Positions 29,877-40,368 of a stretch of DNA of 42,851 bases are shown here, in pieces (position 1 is the first letter of the stretch; each line of letters starts with the position of its first letter). The DNA lies in the IMG/VR virus record IMGVR_UViG_3300023313_000243, positions 1-42,851 of that record; one strand, written 5' to 3'. A program made the translations under genes and the position numbers. Under the pieces are notes generated by a model. It worked only from the letters and a program-made list of their open reading frames with translations. It was not told where the DNA came from and did not search any database. Origin of the DNA: a virus. Its lineage: Duplodnaviria > Caudoviricetes.

Positions 29877-30248
29877 AATTATTATTGTTTTTATATTTTT
29901 TATTGAATCATCTGGATTATATGTATATTCTTCTCTTATTTTTGAAATAATATTTTGATTAATATCAAAAATTGTTTTTTCTATATAATTTATTTTAAAA
30001 TTTAAAGTATAATTAAATAATACTTCTCTTATAATTATATTTGAATTTCCATCATAAGTAACTATTTTTTCAATTTCATCATTTTTGAAAACAAATTCTG
30101 TATTTCCATTTCTAATATTATGATAAATTGAGTTATGTTTAATAATTCTATCTTCAACCTCTTTATCGGTTGCTAAATTTTCATTACTTTCTGGTTCATA
30201 ACTTTCGCCTGATTTTGTTTGACCTGCTCTTAATTTAGTTAATGCCAT
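29874..30248 (-). CDS. Hypothetical, probably virion-associated
   Basis: Late-promoter consensus upstream; MAL-type start. Confidence 0.6.
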   Translation of the reverse strand: MALTKLRAGQTKSGESYEPESNENLATDKEVEDRIIKHNSIYHNIRNGNTEFVFKNDEIEKIVTYDGNSNIIIREVLFNYTLNFKINYIEKTIFDINQNIISKIREEYTYNPDDSIKNIKTIII

Positions 30249-30262
30249 ATAAGTTATTCCTT

Positions 30263-30276
30263 TATAAATATTTATA
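30263..30276. promoter_or_regulatory. Overlapping TATAAATA late promoters on both strands
   Basis: Palindrome TATAAATATTTATA between divergent genes. Confidence 0.6.
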
Positions 30277-30285
30277 AAAAAGGAT

Positions 30286-30852
30286 TTGATTATGACAGAA
30301 TTTGAAATATTATTAAAAAAGCAAGTATTAAGTTTTAATAAAAATAAAAAACAAAGTTATGTAAATAGATTATTAAAAGAGGGAGAAATTATTGGATTAA
30401 ATTCAATATTATTAAAATTTAAAGAAATTATTGAAGTAAAATATATTATTGAAAATAAACTTTCTGAACTACCAAAAGATTTTATCTTTAATAAAAGTAA
30501 AAATAAAGATTTAATAATTGCTTATAATTTAATAAAAGAAAAATTAAATAAAGCAGAAACCGAACTTATTCAACTTAAAGCGATTGAAGATGTAATAAAT
30601 GAAATTAATAAAGATTTAGAAAATAATTTAAGTTCAATGGATATAAAGGATAAATTAAGTTTATATAAAAATAAATTTTCAAATGATGTTCAAGCAAGAA
30701 TAAATTCTGGTTTATGTGGTCTTAAAAGACCTGGAGGAAATAAGAAATTTTCTTGTGAAAATCCTGTTATTTCAGAAACAAAATATTGTAAAAAACATCT
30801 CTTAAAATATAATCCAATTTTATATTCAGAACTTTTTAAGGAAGATAAATGA
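30286..30852 (+). CDS. Hypothetical coiled-coil protein with C-terminal C3H Zn motif
   Basis: C...C...YCKKH. Confidence 0.7.
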   Translation: MIMTEFEILLKKQVLSFNKNKKQSYVNRLLKEGEIIGLNSILLKFKEIIEVKYIIENKLSELPKDFIFNKSKNKDLIIAYNLIKEKLNKAETELIQLKAIEDVINEINKDLENNLSSMDIKDKLSLYKNKFSNDVQARINSGLCGLKRPGGNKKFSCENPVISETKYCKKHLLKYNPILYSELFKEDK

Positions 30853-31286
30853 ATTTATTTAATGAAACAAAACAAACTGATATAATTAATTTAGAAAAAC
30901 TAATTAGACAAGAGGGTGTTATAAATTCAATTATTAATATTAAAAAAGATTTTCTTGATATTTATCTCGAAAAGCAAGATATTAAAGAAATTTATAAATT
31001 TAAAGATTTAAAATATAATAAATGGAATTTTATTAATAATAATATAAAATCAATTGTTTTTAATATTGATAAAATAATTAAACAAGAAAAAACAATTAAA
31101 CTTTTAAAAAAAGCAGATTTTATGATTTTAAGAAAAAAAGTATATGAAATTATTACAGAAAATAAAGATATAAAAAGTGATATTTTATATTCAATAATAA
31201 AGGATTTTACTTATGAAGAAGTTATAAGAGAATTAGGATTTAAAATAATTATTGAAGATGAAAAAACAATTTTTAAAGATTTATAA
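30849..31286 (+). CDS. Hypothetical protein
   Basis: ATGA coupling. Confidence 0.7.
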   Translation: MNLFNETKQTDIINLEKLIRQEGVINSIINIKKDFLDIYLEKQDIKEIYKFKDLKYNKWNFINNNIKSIVFNIDKIIKQEKTIKLLKKADFMILRKKVYEIITENKDIKSDILYSIIKDFTYEEVIRELGFKIIIEDEKTIFKDL

Positions 31287-31351
31287 ATAAATTTAGGTAT
31301 AGAAATATATCAAAATAAAAAAGTATAATAATATTATACGGGAGAAATAAT

Positions 31352-32572
31352 ATGGCATTGATTTCACGTTTAGATCAATTAAGACAAATTAAATCATCAA
31401 ATAATCAAACAGATATTGATCTTGGAATTACTAATTCAGATAGAAGCACTATAGTTTCTGGAGCTGTTTCACTTCAAGATGATCTTAATCAATTAAGAAG
31501 TCAGATACTAGATATTCTTGGTTCTGGTTCAACAAAATGGTCAGATATTCCAATGACAACTTTATCCGAAACAGTTGGAGTTTCTAAAAAACTTCTTATT
31601 CAAGGAATTCAAACTGAACTTATTGGGGTTTCTTCAAAAAGTTTTGTTCTTATTCAACAAAACTCAATTAATGGTTCCTCTTTAACCTCAGATGTTGGTA
31701 TCGTAAATGAGCCATTTAATGGCTCATTAAATATTGATTCAAAAGCAAGAGCGATTTTAAGAGATAAAACAACTAATAATGTTATTCTTGATTCAAATGA
31801 AAGAGAAGTTTTTGGTATTATTCAACATCAAGACCCAGCAATTAATCCATCTGGACTCGAAATTAACTTTTTTGTTGATGTAAATGGAGTTCTTTCTCCA
31901 ATTATTGTAAATGGAGATATTGAGGTTATAATTCCAGATAGACAAAAACTTTCAGATATTTCTGAAACAGCTTTATTTTCAAATGCTGGTTTTGCTGGTG
32001 CTGTTGGTTCTCTTGAACTTGGTTCAAGAATATATAATGATATTTCACTTACAGATGGAACAGGAAATATTTTTGGTTTTACTGAAAATGAAGATATTAC
32101 AAAAACAATAAATAAACTTTCTCTTATTTCTGGAAATAATAAAAATATAAATGATAATTTTGCTAATATTTCTGGAATAAGTGGAATTGGTTTTAATACA
32201 ACTTTTAAAACTGATAATACTACTTCTTATCTTGCTGATAATGATTCCTTATATGAAGCAATTAGAAAACTTGATATTCAAGCAAAAATAAATAATACAA
32301 CTGCTTTAAATGCAAGTGCTGATAAAGTAATTAAAATTATTTCTCAATCAGTAAGTGAGGGAACTCCTATTATTATTCCAAATTCAAAAATTTATGATAA
32401 TCTAAATAAAGATTCACTTGATGTTTTTGTAAATGGTCAATTATTAGTTTCTGATGTTATTGCTGGCGGAACTGGTCAAGGAGATTATTCTGAATCAAGT
32501 AATTCAGAAGTAACTTTTCATATGCCAATTGAAATTGGAGATGTAATAACATTTAAAATTTTTAAATCTTAG
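31352..32572 (+). CDS. Putative virion structural protein
   Basis: G/S/N-rich and acidic; C-terminal LDVFVNGQLL...DY.E...VTF...GDVI module; TATAAATA at 31282-31289. Confidence 0.7.
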   Translation: MALISRLDQLRQIKSSNNQTDIDLGITNSDRSTIVSGAVSLQDDLNQLRSQILDILGSGSTKWSDIPMTTLSETVGVSKKLLIQGIQTELIGVSSKSFVLIQQNSINGSSLTSDVGIVNEPFNGSLNIDSKARAILRDKTTNNVILDSNEREVFGIIQHQDPAINPSGLEINFFVDVNGVLSPIIVNGDIEVIIPDRQKLSDISETALFSNAGFAGAVGSLELGSRIYNDISLTDGTGNIFGFTENEDITKTINKLSLISGNNKNINDNFANISGISGIGFNTTFKTDNTTSYLADNDSLYEAIRKLDIQAKINNTTALNASADKVIKIISQSVSEGTPIIIPNSKIYDNLNKDSLDVFVNGQLLVSDVIAGGTGQGDYSESSNSEVTFHMPIEIGDVITFKIFKS

Positions 32573-33792
32573 GTTTTTCCTAAGATAGCATATTCAAGAT
32601 TTTTTATAATTTTTAATTGATTATTTATATTATTTAATTGATTATTAATTATATTTTCTTGAAAATATAAAGGAATATCTATAAATGGTTTATCAATTAT
32701 AAATTTAAATTCACTTATAATATTATTTTTTTCTATTTTTATTGTATATGGATTTGAAAAAACTCCAATTTCAAAACTACTTCCAGTATGTGTATAAAAA
32801 GGTAATAATCCTTTTATTCTTCCATTTTTATCTGTTTTCTCATTTATAATTATATTATTATTATTATCAATACAAGTTATATTAACAAAAGATAAATTAT
32901 TTCCATTTAAATCCTTTAAAATCGGTGCAAAAGTATAAGCGTGAATAAATGTTGTTAAATTTCCTTTTGTAAGTCTATTATAACCATTTTTTATGATACT
33001 ATCAATTAATAAAATAGTATTTGTATCTTTATTTATTTCGCCAATTTCTGTATAAATTAAATTTTCATAATTTTCAAAAACTCCACCATTTATTATCATA
33101 TTTCCTGAATATTTTGGATTATAATAAAGTGCACATTTTCTATTTCCTGAACCAAATTCATTTACTATATTTGTATCATTTTCTATTTTTATATATTTTA
33201 CTTTTATATCACTAAATTCTTTTATTTTTCCTTTTGTTGAAAATGAACCATATTTTCCGTGACCTTTAATTATTAAAATATTTCTTAAAATTGAATTTAT
33301 TCCAGAAATTCTTCCAAATCCCTCAATAAAACAGTCGATAATTTCAACATTACTTTCAGTTCCAAACCAAGACCAAAAACAATAAGATTTAATTATAGAA
33401 TTATAAGCATATAAATTTCCTGTTTCTGTTGTTTCTCTAATTCCATTTTTAATTGCACCTCCACCAAATCCATAAACAAAAACTGGATTTTCCATAATAA
33501 ATGTACAACCATTATATGTGCTTCCATCAGTTCTAATTCTTCCTAAAATAAGTGAAGATTTTTTATAAACTTGAAATAATTCAGATTTTATAATTATACT
33601 ACAATTTTCTGCTTTTAATTCGCAAACTGTTATTTTATCTCCAATAAAAATATTTTTATAGATTACATAAGTATTTTGAAACTTATTTATATATGATAAT
33701 TTATTTCTTATTTTTGCTTCAGAAAAAATATCTTCAAAAGAATAATTTCCCTCTGTTACTAATATTTCATTATTTAAAAATTGAATACTCAT
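32569..33792 (-). CDS. Hypothetical, possible virion/beta-rich protein
   Basis: Long ORF; C-terminal TDKNG...YTIKIEK beta-sandwich-like pattern. Confidence 0.6.
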   Translation of the reverse strand: MSIQFLNNEILVTEGNYSFEDIFSEAKIRNKLSYINKFQNTYVIYKNIFIGDKITVCELKAENCSIIIKSELFQVYKKSSLILGRIRTDGSTYNGCTFIMENPVFVYGFGGGAIKNGIRETTETGNLYAYNSIIKSYCFWSWFGTESNVEIIDCFIEGFGRISGINSILRNILIIKGHGKYGSFSTKGKIKEFSDIKVKYIKIENDTNIVNEFGSGNRKCALYYNPKYSGNMIINGGVFENYENLIYTEIGEINKDTNTILLIDSIIKNGYNRLTKGNLTTFIHAYTFAPILKDLNGNNLSFVNITCIDNNNNIIINEKTDKNGRIKGLLPFYTHTGSSFEIGVFSNPYTIKIEKNNIISEFKFIIDKPFIDIPLYFQENIINNQLNNINNQLKIIKNLEYAILGKT

Positions 33793-33803
33793 AATTATTA
33801 TTT

Positions 33804-33835
33804 TATAAGATAGATTAAATTTAATCTATCTTATA
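33804..33835. other. Perfect 32-bp palindrome with no spacer
   Basis: TATAAGATAGATTAAA|TTTAATCTATCTTATA. Confidence 0.9.
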
Positions 33836-33842
33836 TTTCCTT

Positions 33843-34862
33843 TTAAATTGCGTTTGAAGTTGTTGAAGTAGTAGTTGTAGTTCCACATTCTGCTTCACTA
33901 ATTGCTGTTAAACCAAGTGCAAGTCTAAATTTATTTGCTGCCTTTGCTCCACAAATTATTCCACTTTGAAGTCCAGCAGATTTTGCTTCAGTGAGTGCTA
34001 AATCAGCCGAATTCTGCGCAGCAATGATAGCAGATGCATTATTTCCTTCTTTTGCTTGTAATTCAGAAACTTTTGTTTTAAGTCCTTTTACAATATTTCC
34101 ATTTGCGTCTGTTGTATCTTCAATTTTATTATCAACAGCAGAAATTTTATTATTTAAATCTGTTTTATCAAGTGATGCTGAATTATTAATTGTATCAATT
34201 TGAGATTGAAGAGCTCCAGTTTTTGTATCTGTATATGTTTTTTGTTCAGCACTTTGAGTTGTGTTTGCATCTCTAATTGCTTTATTTACTTTTCCTTCAA
34301 TAACATTTCCATTTATATCAGTATAAGTAAAGTTTGATTTTGAATCAGCTTCAACTGCCGATACTCTATTATTTAAATTGGAAAATTCAGTTGCATTTGC
34401 AGTTTTTTCAGTTGCAACTTTATTTGCGAGTCCATCAATAAGTGTTTTATTATCAGCAATTGCTGTATCTATTGCTGAATTTTTAAGTGCTTGAGCTGAT
34501 TCAACTCCAGAAACTCTTGTTTTTTCTGCTGCAAGATCTGAAGAAACTTTTGCTACATTTGTTTCATTTGTTGTAATTCTTTGAAGTAAATCGGTAGCAA
34601 GATTACCATTTCCACCAAGTAATTCGTTAAGTGTATTTATCTTTTCAGCAAGTGTTTCAACTCCGTCTGTTGAATCAATAACATCAATAGCATTAAGTCT
34701 TGTTAAAATTCCAGCAATATCAGTTTCATTTGTTGAAATTCTTCCGGTATTTGAATCAATTTTTGTCTGAAGTGCGTCTCTTACTTCAGCAACCGAAGTT
34801 CCTAAATAACCAGCTAAATTTTCTAATTGTGTTTGTAAGTCTTGTGATGTAATATATGCCAT
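33843..34862 (-). CDS. Coiled-coil fibre-like virion protein
   Basis: A/T/N/D-rich heptads; strong AAGGAGG RBS; higher GC than flanks. Confidence 0.7.
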   Translation of the reverse strand: MAYITSQDLQTQLENLAGYLGTSVAEVRDALQTKIDSNTGRISTNETDIAGILTRLNAIDVIDSTDGVETLAEKINTLNELLGGNGNLATDLLQRITTNETNVAKVSSDLAAEKTRVSGVESAQALKNSAIDTAIADNKTLIDGLANKVATEKTANATEFSNLNNRVSAVEADSKSNFTYTDINGNVIEGKVNKAIRDANTTQSAEQKTYTDTKTGALQSQIDTINNSASLDKTDLNNKISAVDNKIEDTTDANGNIVKGLKTKVSELQAKEGNNASAIIAAQNSADLALTEAKSAGLQSGIICGAKAANKFRLALGLTAISEAECGTTTTTSTTSNAI

Positions 34863-34886
34863 ATTATCATAACCTCCTTTATAAAT

Positions 34887-35183
34887 TTAAAAAGAGTTTA
34901 TTTTTTCTCCAAAAATAATAAAAGTAACTCTATTATTTTCTTCTCTTTTGTAATATTTATAATTTAGAAATTTTCCTTTTTTAGATTTAAAATATTTAAA
35001 ATCACTAAGATTAATTTCTTTTTTATTAATAGGAATAATTATTATAAGTACAATAAGTAAAAAAGATAAAATAATTGTAATAAATATTAAAAAAAACTTA
35101 TTTTGTTCTTGTTTTTTATAAAATTCAATAATTGAATTTCCGGTTATTTCAGCAAATTTTTCAAGTTCATTTTGATTAACCAT
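34887..35183 (-). CDS. Single-TM membrane protein
   Basis: One long hydrophobic helix. Confidence 0.7.
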   Translation of the reverse strand: MVNQNELEKFAEITGNSIIEFYKKQEQNKFFLIFITIILSFLLIVLIIIIPINKKEINLSDFKYFKSKKGKFLNYKYYKREENNRVTFIIFGEKINSF

Positions 35184-35613
35184 TTCTATCTAAATCCATT
35201 TTTATTTGCTTATTTTTTAATATTCTCCTTTTATCATAATCTTTTTTTCCTTTTCCTATCATTAATTTTGCTTTAATTGTTTTACCTTTTCTCTGATAAA
35301 TTTCTGTAATTATAAGTGTATATCCAGTTTTATTAACAATATTAATTATTTTATTAATTTCTTTTTTATGTAATAATAACTTTCTATTTCTTAACTCATC
35401 ATAAGTTTCAAAACTAACAGAACTTTCATATTTAGAAATATAACAGTTTTTTAAAATAACTTCATTATTTTCAATTGAAACCCAAGAACCTTTTAAATTA
35501 ATTCTTCCATCTCTTATTGATTTAACTTCATTTCCTTTTAAAATTATTCCTGCTTCAAAACTTTCAGAAAACTCATAATCATAAAATGCTTTTTTGTTTT
35601 TCGCATAAATCAT
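35176..35613 (-). CDS. smpB: SsrA-binding protein
   Basis: NKKAFYDY...EAGIILKGNEVKSIR...RNRKLLLHKKEI...GKGKKDYDKR. Confidence 0.95.
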   Translation of the reverse strand: MIYAKNKKAFYDYEFSESFEAGIILKGNEVKSIRDGRINLKGSWVSIENNEVILKNCYISKYESSVSFETYDELRNRKLLLHKKEINKIINIVNKTGYTLIITEIYQRKGKTIKAKLMIGKGKKDYDKRRILKNKQIKMDLDRNG

Positions 35614-35911
35614 TTAATTCCTCCTTTAATTCTTTAATTAATAAATTTCTCATTATTATTATTGCTATAATTGCTTCTTTAAAAGTTTTAAATAAATATA
35701 AACAATCTGTTTTTCTATTTTTATATTGTTTTCTAAATAAATCTATATTACAATAAAAATTTAATATATAATTATTAAATTCTCTATAATTATATATTTC
35801 TTTTTTTAATACATTATAAACTTTAATTAATTTATTATTTTTATATTCGCCTATATAATATTTATTATTATATCTTGAAATTGGAATTATTGAATAATGA
35901 AATATAATCAT
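35579..35911 (-). CDS. Hypothetical protein, paralog of the next gene
   Basis: YLFKTFKEAIIA vs YYFESIKGAIIA. Confidence 0.65.
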   Translation of the reverse strand: MIIFHYSIIPISRYNNKYYIGEYKNNKLIKVYNVLKKEIYNYREFNNYILNFYCNIDLFRKQYKNRKTDCLYLFKTFKEAIIAIIIMRNLLIKELKEELNDLCEKQKSIL

Positions 35912-36327
35912 TATAAAAAATATTCTGGATTTTCATTTTCAAAATTAATTAAAAACTTATTTTCTTCAATTTCTTTTATTATATCTATAAGTAATTTCTT
36001 TTTTTCATTTATTAATATTTTTATTTTATTATTTATTATTATTTTAGCTATAATTGCACCTTTAATTGATTCAAAATAATAAAATCCATTTGCTTTTGTT
36101 CCAACACTTACTCTAATATTTTTTTCAATTTCATTTTCTTTTAATTTATTAATTGAATAACCTCTATATTCTTTATATTTTTCAATATTCTTTACTTCTT
36201 TATTTGTTATATAATTAAAAACTCTAATTATTTCATTTTTTTCATTAAATTCTATAATATTATCATCATTATTATAAATTCTTTTAAATGAACTTGAAAT
36301 CCAAACTGGTTTAATTGCATAATACAT
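35911..36327 (-). CDS. Hypothetical protein, C-terminal NPEYFL
   Basis: GGAG RBS; tiles the operon. Confidence 0.7.
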   Translation of the reverse strand: MYYAIKPVWISSSFKRIYNNDDNIIEFNEKNEIIRVFNYITNKEVKNIEKYKEYRGYSINKLKENEIEKNIRVSVGTKANGFYYFESIKGAIIAKIIINNKIKILINEKKKLLIDIIKEIEENKFLINFENENPEYFL

Positions 36328-36336
36328 TTTTATCTC

Positions 36337-36579
36337 CTATATAAAATATTCCGGAAGTTCTTTAGATATATCAATAATATAACATTTATCTTTAATATAT
36401 CTAATAATAATTACTTCACCTATTACTTTTTTTATTAAATTTAAATAAAGAAATTCTAATAACTCATTAAATTCAGTTATATTTTTTTTAATATAACAAT
36501 ATTTTTTATTTGGAATTTCTTTATCAGATATAATTATTTTTTTAATCTGATAAATTCCATTTTCAATATAAACTTTCAT
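36337..36579 (-). CDS. Hypothetical protein, C-terminal LPEYFI
   Basis: ATGA coupling. Confidence 0.7.
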   Translation of the reverse strand: MKVYIENGIYQIKKIIISDKEIPNKKYCYIKKNITEFNELLEFLYLNLIKKVIGEVIIIRYIKDKCYIIDISKELPEYFI

Positions 36580-37682
36580 ATAAACTCAATAATATCAAAG
36601 TTTTCATATGTTGGAACTGAAAATCTTTTCATCATCTCAATTAATACAATTTCCGAAATTTGTTTACCTTTTCTTTTATTAATTCTTTCTTTTACTTCTT
36701 TAAAACTTGTTTTAATTATAATTGCTTCACAAGTATATTTATTATTTGTTTTATTTATCCATTTTCTTTGAGTTTTTTTAGAAATATTTGTCATATCAAT
36801 AATAATATTCTTTTTTTCCTTTAAAGCATTTTCAAAAGATTTTTCAAGTAATAAATCTATTTCTTTTTGATCTTCCTCACTCAATAATTTCCAAATCTGA
36901 TTATAATTTAAAAATCCAAATTTATTAATTCCATAATCTATAAGAATATTATCTCTTGAAATAATAATTTGATTATTAAAATTTTTATTTATCCAAGTTG
37001 ATTTACCAACTCCAGGAATTCCAATCATAAGTGTTAGTTTTAATTTTAATTCTTTATTTTTAATATTTCTTTTATAATTTTCAAAATCAGAAGTTTTAAA
37101 TATTGTTTTACCGAGATTTTTAATATTATTTTTCTCATCAATATTAAATCTTCCAACCGAATCACATTTTACCATTTTAATAAAAGTTTCAAATTCATTT
37201 TCTGTTTTAAACATTCTATAAATTTTTTCTGGTTTTCTCATTGTTCCATCTTTATTAATATAATTAAATAAAGTTCCGTGAAGAGAAATATTAATTAAAA
37301 TCTGATTTATTTCCTTTTCATTTAAAATATTTATTTCTTTTAATTTATTTAATATTTCTATACTAAGATAAAAACTAATTCCCTCATGTCCAATAAATCT
37401 TACTCTATCTGTTTCAGGAATTTCTTCTCTTGATATTGGTTTACCAATATCATGTAATAAACAAGAAATATATAAAATCTTATTATAATCTTCCAATTCA
37501 GCTATTTTACAAACAAGCATTGTATGAGTCCAAATTGAACTATCTCCAGTATGATAAATATTTGGTTTATTTACTTTTTTATAGTGTTTTGAATTTTCCA
37601 TTTCAGTAACTATACTCGGAAATGTTACCATAAACCAATAAATTAACTCATTCATACTTGGTTTTGTAATATCTTTAAACAT
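36576..37682 (-). CDS. HD phosphohydrolase + P-loop polynucleotide-kinase-like fusion
   Basis: HT...LLHDIGKP...GHE...DSVGR; GIPGVGKST, SRD, IIDMTN. Confidence 0.85.
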   Translation of the reverse strand: MFKDITKPSMNELIYWFMVTFPSIVTEMENSKHYKKVNKPNIYHTGDSSIWTHTMLVCKIAELEDYNKILYISCLLHDIGKPISREEIPETDRVRFIGHEGISFYLSIEILNKLKEINILNEKEINQILINISLHGTLFNYINKDGTMRKPEKIYRMFKTENEFETFIKMVKCDSVGRFNIDEKNNIKNLGKTIFKTSDFENYKRNIKNKELKLKLTLMIGIPGVGKSTWINKNFNNQIIISRDNILIDYGINKFGFLNYNQIWKLLSEEDQKEIDLLLEKSFENALKEKKNIIIDMTNISKKTQRKWINKTNNKYTCEAIIIKTSFKEVKERINKRKGKQISEIVLIEMMKRFSVPTYENFDIIEFI

Positions 37683-37720
37683 ATTATTCCTTTTTATTTA
37701 TTATAACATAATGACATTAA

Positions 37721-38359
37721 TTACTCTTTAAAAAAGTTCCAGTTTTTAAATAACCAAATAGCAAGTATAATTTCAAATATAATTGATACTTTTATAAGTA
37801 TATTAATATTAAATAAAAATAAAATTATTGAACTAATACAAAGTCCAATTAGTGCACCATTTGACCAAATATTATTTCTTATTATTTGAAACTTATTCAT
37901 TTTTTTAGGAAAATTAACTGAAATATAATTATTTAATTTTATTGTATAAGCACTAATAATCATTATCTCAATTAAACCAAAAAAAGAATAACTAAATATC
38001 ATAATTTTAGGAGAATAAAAATAAATTAAACTTATTAATATAAATATTAATTGTAATATATTAGAAATTCTAAATAAATCATTTAATGTTAATAATTTTG
38101 TAAGAATTTCATTTGTTTTTATGATAATCATATTTAGAATTCCAAAAATTCCAATAATCCAAGGTAATATAAGTGTTCCTTTTAAAACAACAATAACTGG
38201 AACTAATAAATTAAATGAAATAGAAAAAAAATAAGAATTTTTTAATCTAAATTCAGAAACTTTATCAAATTTTTTTACTTCACCAAATGTTCTTTTAATA
38301 TCTATAAAATTTAAAGACTTAAATAATCTTAAAATTAATATTTTATTTCTTTTTTTCAT
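37721..38359 (-). CDS. Multi-pass membrane protein (half-MFS-like)
   Basis: About 6 hydrophobic segments. Confidence 0.65.
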   Translation of the reverse strand: MKKRNKILILRLFKSLNFIDIKRTFGEVKKFDKVSEFRLKNSYFFSISFNLLVPVIVVLKGTLILPWIIGIFGILNMIIIKTNEILTKLLTLNDLFRISNILQLIFILISLIYFYSPKIMIFSYSFFGLIEIMIISAYTIKLNNYISVNFPKKMNKFQIIRNNIWSNGALIGLCISSIILFLFNINILIKVSIIFEIILAIWLFKNWNFFKE

Positions 38360-38360
38360 T

Positions 38361-38843
38361 TTAATCCCATAAATTTCTAAAATATTTACTAAACAGTTCG
38401 AGACCTTTATTTATTTCCTTTTCCTTTTCTTTATTAAAAATAATATCATCTTTTATACAAGACTTAAAAGAAAAAATCATTTTATCAAGATTTTTTTTCC
38501 ATTTTTTATTACTTAAATCTGATGGATAACCATTTAAATTTTTTCTAAAGAAAATAAGTCTCGGAAGTATAAATCTTGCTATTGTATCATCAAGGTTCCA
38601 AGTTTCACTTCTATCAAATCCATTTTTAAATAATTCTCTTTGTAATTTTTGATTATATTTTTTCTCCTTTTTAATTTCCTTTTTTCCTTTTTTTGTTTTT
38701 TTATAATCTGAATTATAATCTTTTCCAGGTTTTTTAAAAGCATATCCAAAATAATTATTTGGTTTTTTTAAATATTTTTTTAAAAGATTATATTCTTCAT
38801 CTGTATTTGTTTTATTTTTAATTTTTTCTAATATTTTTACCAT
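38361..38843 (-). CDS. Conserved phage hypothetical protein
   Basis: ETWNLDDTIARFILPRL...YP...W...LDKM...GLELF.KYF..LWD pattern recalled from phage proteins. Confidence 0.7.
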   Translation of the reverse strand: MVKILEKIKNKTNTDEEYNLLKKYLKKPNNYFGYAFKKPGKDYNSDYKKTKKGKKEIKKEKKYNQKLQRELFKNGFDRSETWNLDDTIARFILPRLIFFRKNLNGYPSDLSNKKWKKNLDKMIFSFKSCIKDDIIFNKEKEKEINKGLELFSKYFRNLWD

Positions 38844-39238
38844 TTTTGTTTTGTTCCTCCACTATAAATATGAGCAAGATTTGTTTTTAAAATTAAACTA
38901 CTTAAATTCTGATTATTTTCATTTATTATATAACAAACTAATCTAAAATATTTTCCTTTTTTACAATCTTTTAAATATATTTTTTCTGAATTTTTAATAA
39001 AATTAACTGTAAAATCCCTTGCAATATAAGCAAGTTTCTTTTCATTTTTATCTGAACCTCTAATTTCAGGAGTATCAATTCCCAAAATTCTTATTGATAT
39101 TTTTTTACAAAATATTTCTGTTTTACAATTAATATTTACTTTTATAGTATCACCATCATAAATACTTATTATTTTTTCAATCTTAAAATCACTTCCATAG
39201 CTAAATATAGAATATAATAATATTAAAATTATTTTCAT
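38837..39238 (-). CDS. Thermonuclease (SNase-like), possibly exported
   Basis: YDGDTI, IRILGIDTPE, KYFRL; hydrophobic N-terminus. Confidence 0.9.
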   Translation of the reverse strand: MKIILILLYSIFSYGSDFKIEKIISIYDGDTIKVNINCKTEIFCKKISIRILGIDTPEIRGSDKNEKKLAYIARDFTVNFIKNSEKIYLKDCKKGKYFRLVCYIINENNQNLSSLILKTNLAHIYSGGTKQKW

Positions 39239-40368
39239 TTTAAAAACTCCTCTGTTTTAATTTTTGTTTTACAAAGATATAAAATATAATCTTTAATTTT
39301 TTCTTGAGCAAAATCATTTATATTATTATATTCCTCTCTATGAGAATTCATAAAACAAGAAAATAAAGGATTATTTTTATTATTTATTGAAAATTCTCTT
39401 TTATTTTTATTATATTTATTAATAAAAATATCATTTAATCTAATAAATTCAGTTATAAAAATATTTGCTTTTTTAATTACAGTTTCATTTGTTTTATCTA
39501 TTAAAAGTCTTATTTCATCATCTTCATCCGAAAATAAACAAATAATATCATCAAGTTTTTCATCAAGAATTAAAGGAATTAAGTTTTTAATATTATAAAC
39601 AACTGACTCTTTAACATGATGTCTATCACTATAAAATAAAGTTTTTGCTTTTATAATTCCTTTATTTGTATAAATAACAAATCCCTCAAAATCATCTTTT
39701 GTATTTTCTTGAATTTCTTGAATTTCTTTCCAATTATAATTAAAAGGTTTTGCTTGAGAAACACCTTTATCAACTTCTAAATTTACTTCTTGTTTTCCTG
39801 TTTTATTATTTACTTCACATAAATATTTTAATTCTGTTTTTTTATAATCAACAACAATTCTTAATAAAGGTGAAACTAATTCACAAATAATAGTTTTATC
39901 TCTATTTGCTTTTATATAATTTTGTAATTTAATATTTTTATTAATAAGTTTTTGAGCAAGAATTGAATGTTCAGATTTAATTGTTGATTTTGATTTAGCA
40001 ATTATTTTATCTTCAATAATTCCAAACATAATAAGTGAACCATCTATTTTTTCATAAACAGAAGAAATTTTATTATTAATTAAAAAATCTTTTTTTGGAA
40101 TTCCTTCTCCTAAATTAAAAAACTTATTCATTCCCCTACAAAAAAGACTCCATTTATTAAGTTTTTTATCAAAAATAAAAGCAGTTCCTCTTGAACTTTT
40201 AGCATCAGTTTTTTTAAAATCAGAAAAAGAAGCAAGTCTATAAGAATAACTTCTAATTATATATCTTTCATTATATTCTTGTTCAGAAAAATAAAATGCT
40301 TCATTTTCCTTACAGAGTTTATTTAAATTATTAAAGAGTTCCATTTTCTTCTGCCACCTTATATTCAT
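39235..40368 (-). CDS. RNA ligase 1 (T4 RnlA-like); true start probably the second Met
   Basis: SRGTAF, KFFNLGE, EKIDGSLI, EGFVI, IKAKT. Confidence 0.9.
   Translation of the reverse strand: MNIRWQKKMELFNNLNKLCKENEAFYFSEQEYNERYIIRSYSYRLASFSDFKKTDAKSSRGTAFIFDKKLNKWSLFCRGMNKFFNLGEGIPKKDFLINNKISSVYEKIDGSLIMFGIIEDKIIAKSKSTIKSEHSILAQKLINKNIKLQNYIKANRDKTIICELVSPLLRIVVDYKKTELKYLCEVNNKTGKQEVNLEVDKGVSQAKPFNYNWKEIQEIQENTKDDFEGFVIYTNKGIIKAKTLFYSDRHHVKESVVYNIKNLIPLILDEKLDDIICLFSDEDDEIRLLIDKTNETVIKKANIFITEFIRLNDIFINKYNKNKREFSINNKNNPLFSCFMNSHREEYNNINDFAQEKIKDYILYLCKTKIKTEEFLK

Noticed and set aside
26754-36079. ORFs 26754..26945, 27525..27710, 33021..33215, 33991..34203 and 35897..36079
   Set aside because: Shadow ORFs within terminase, structural or hypothetical genes.
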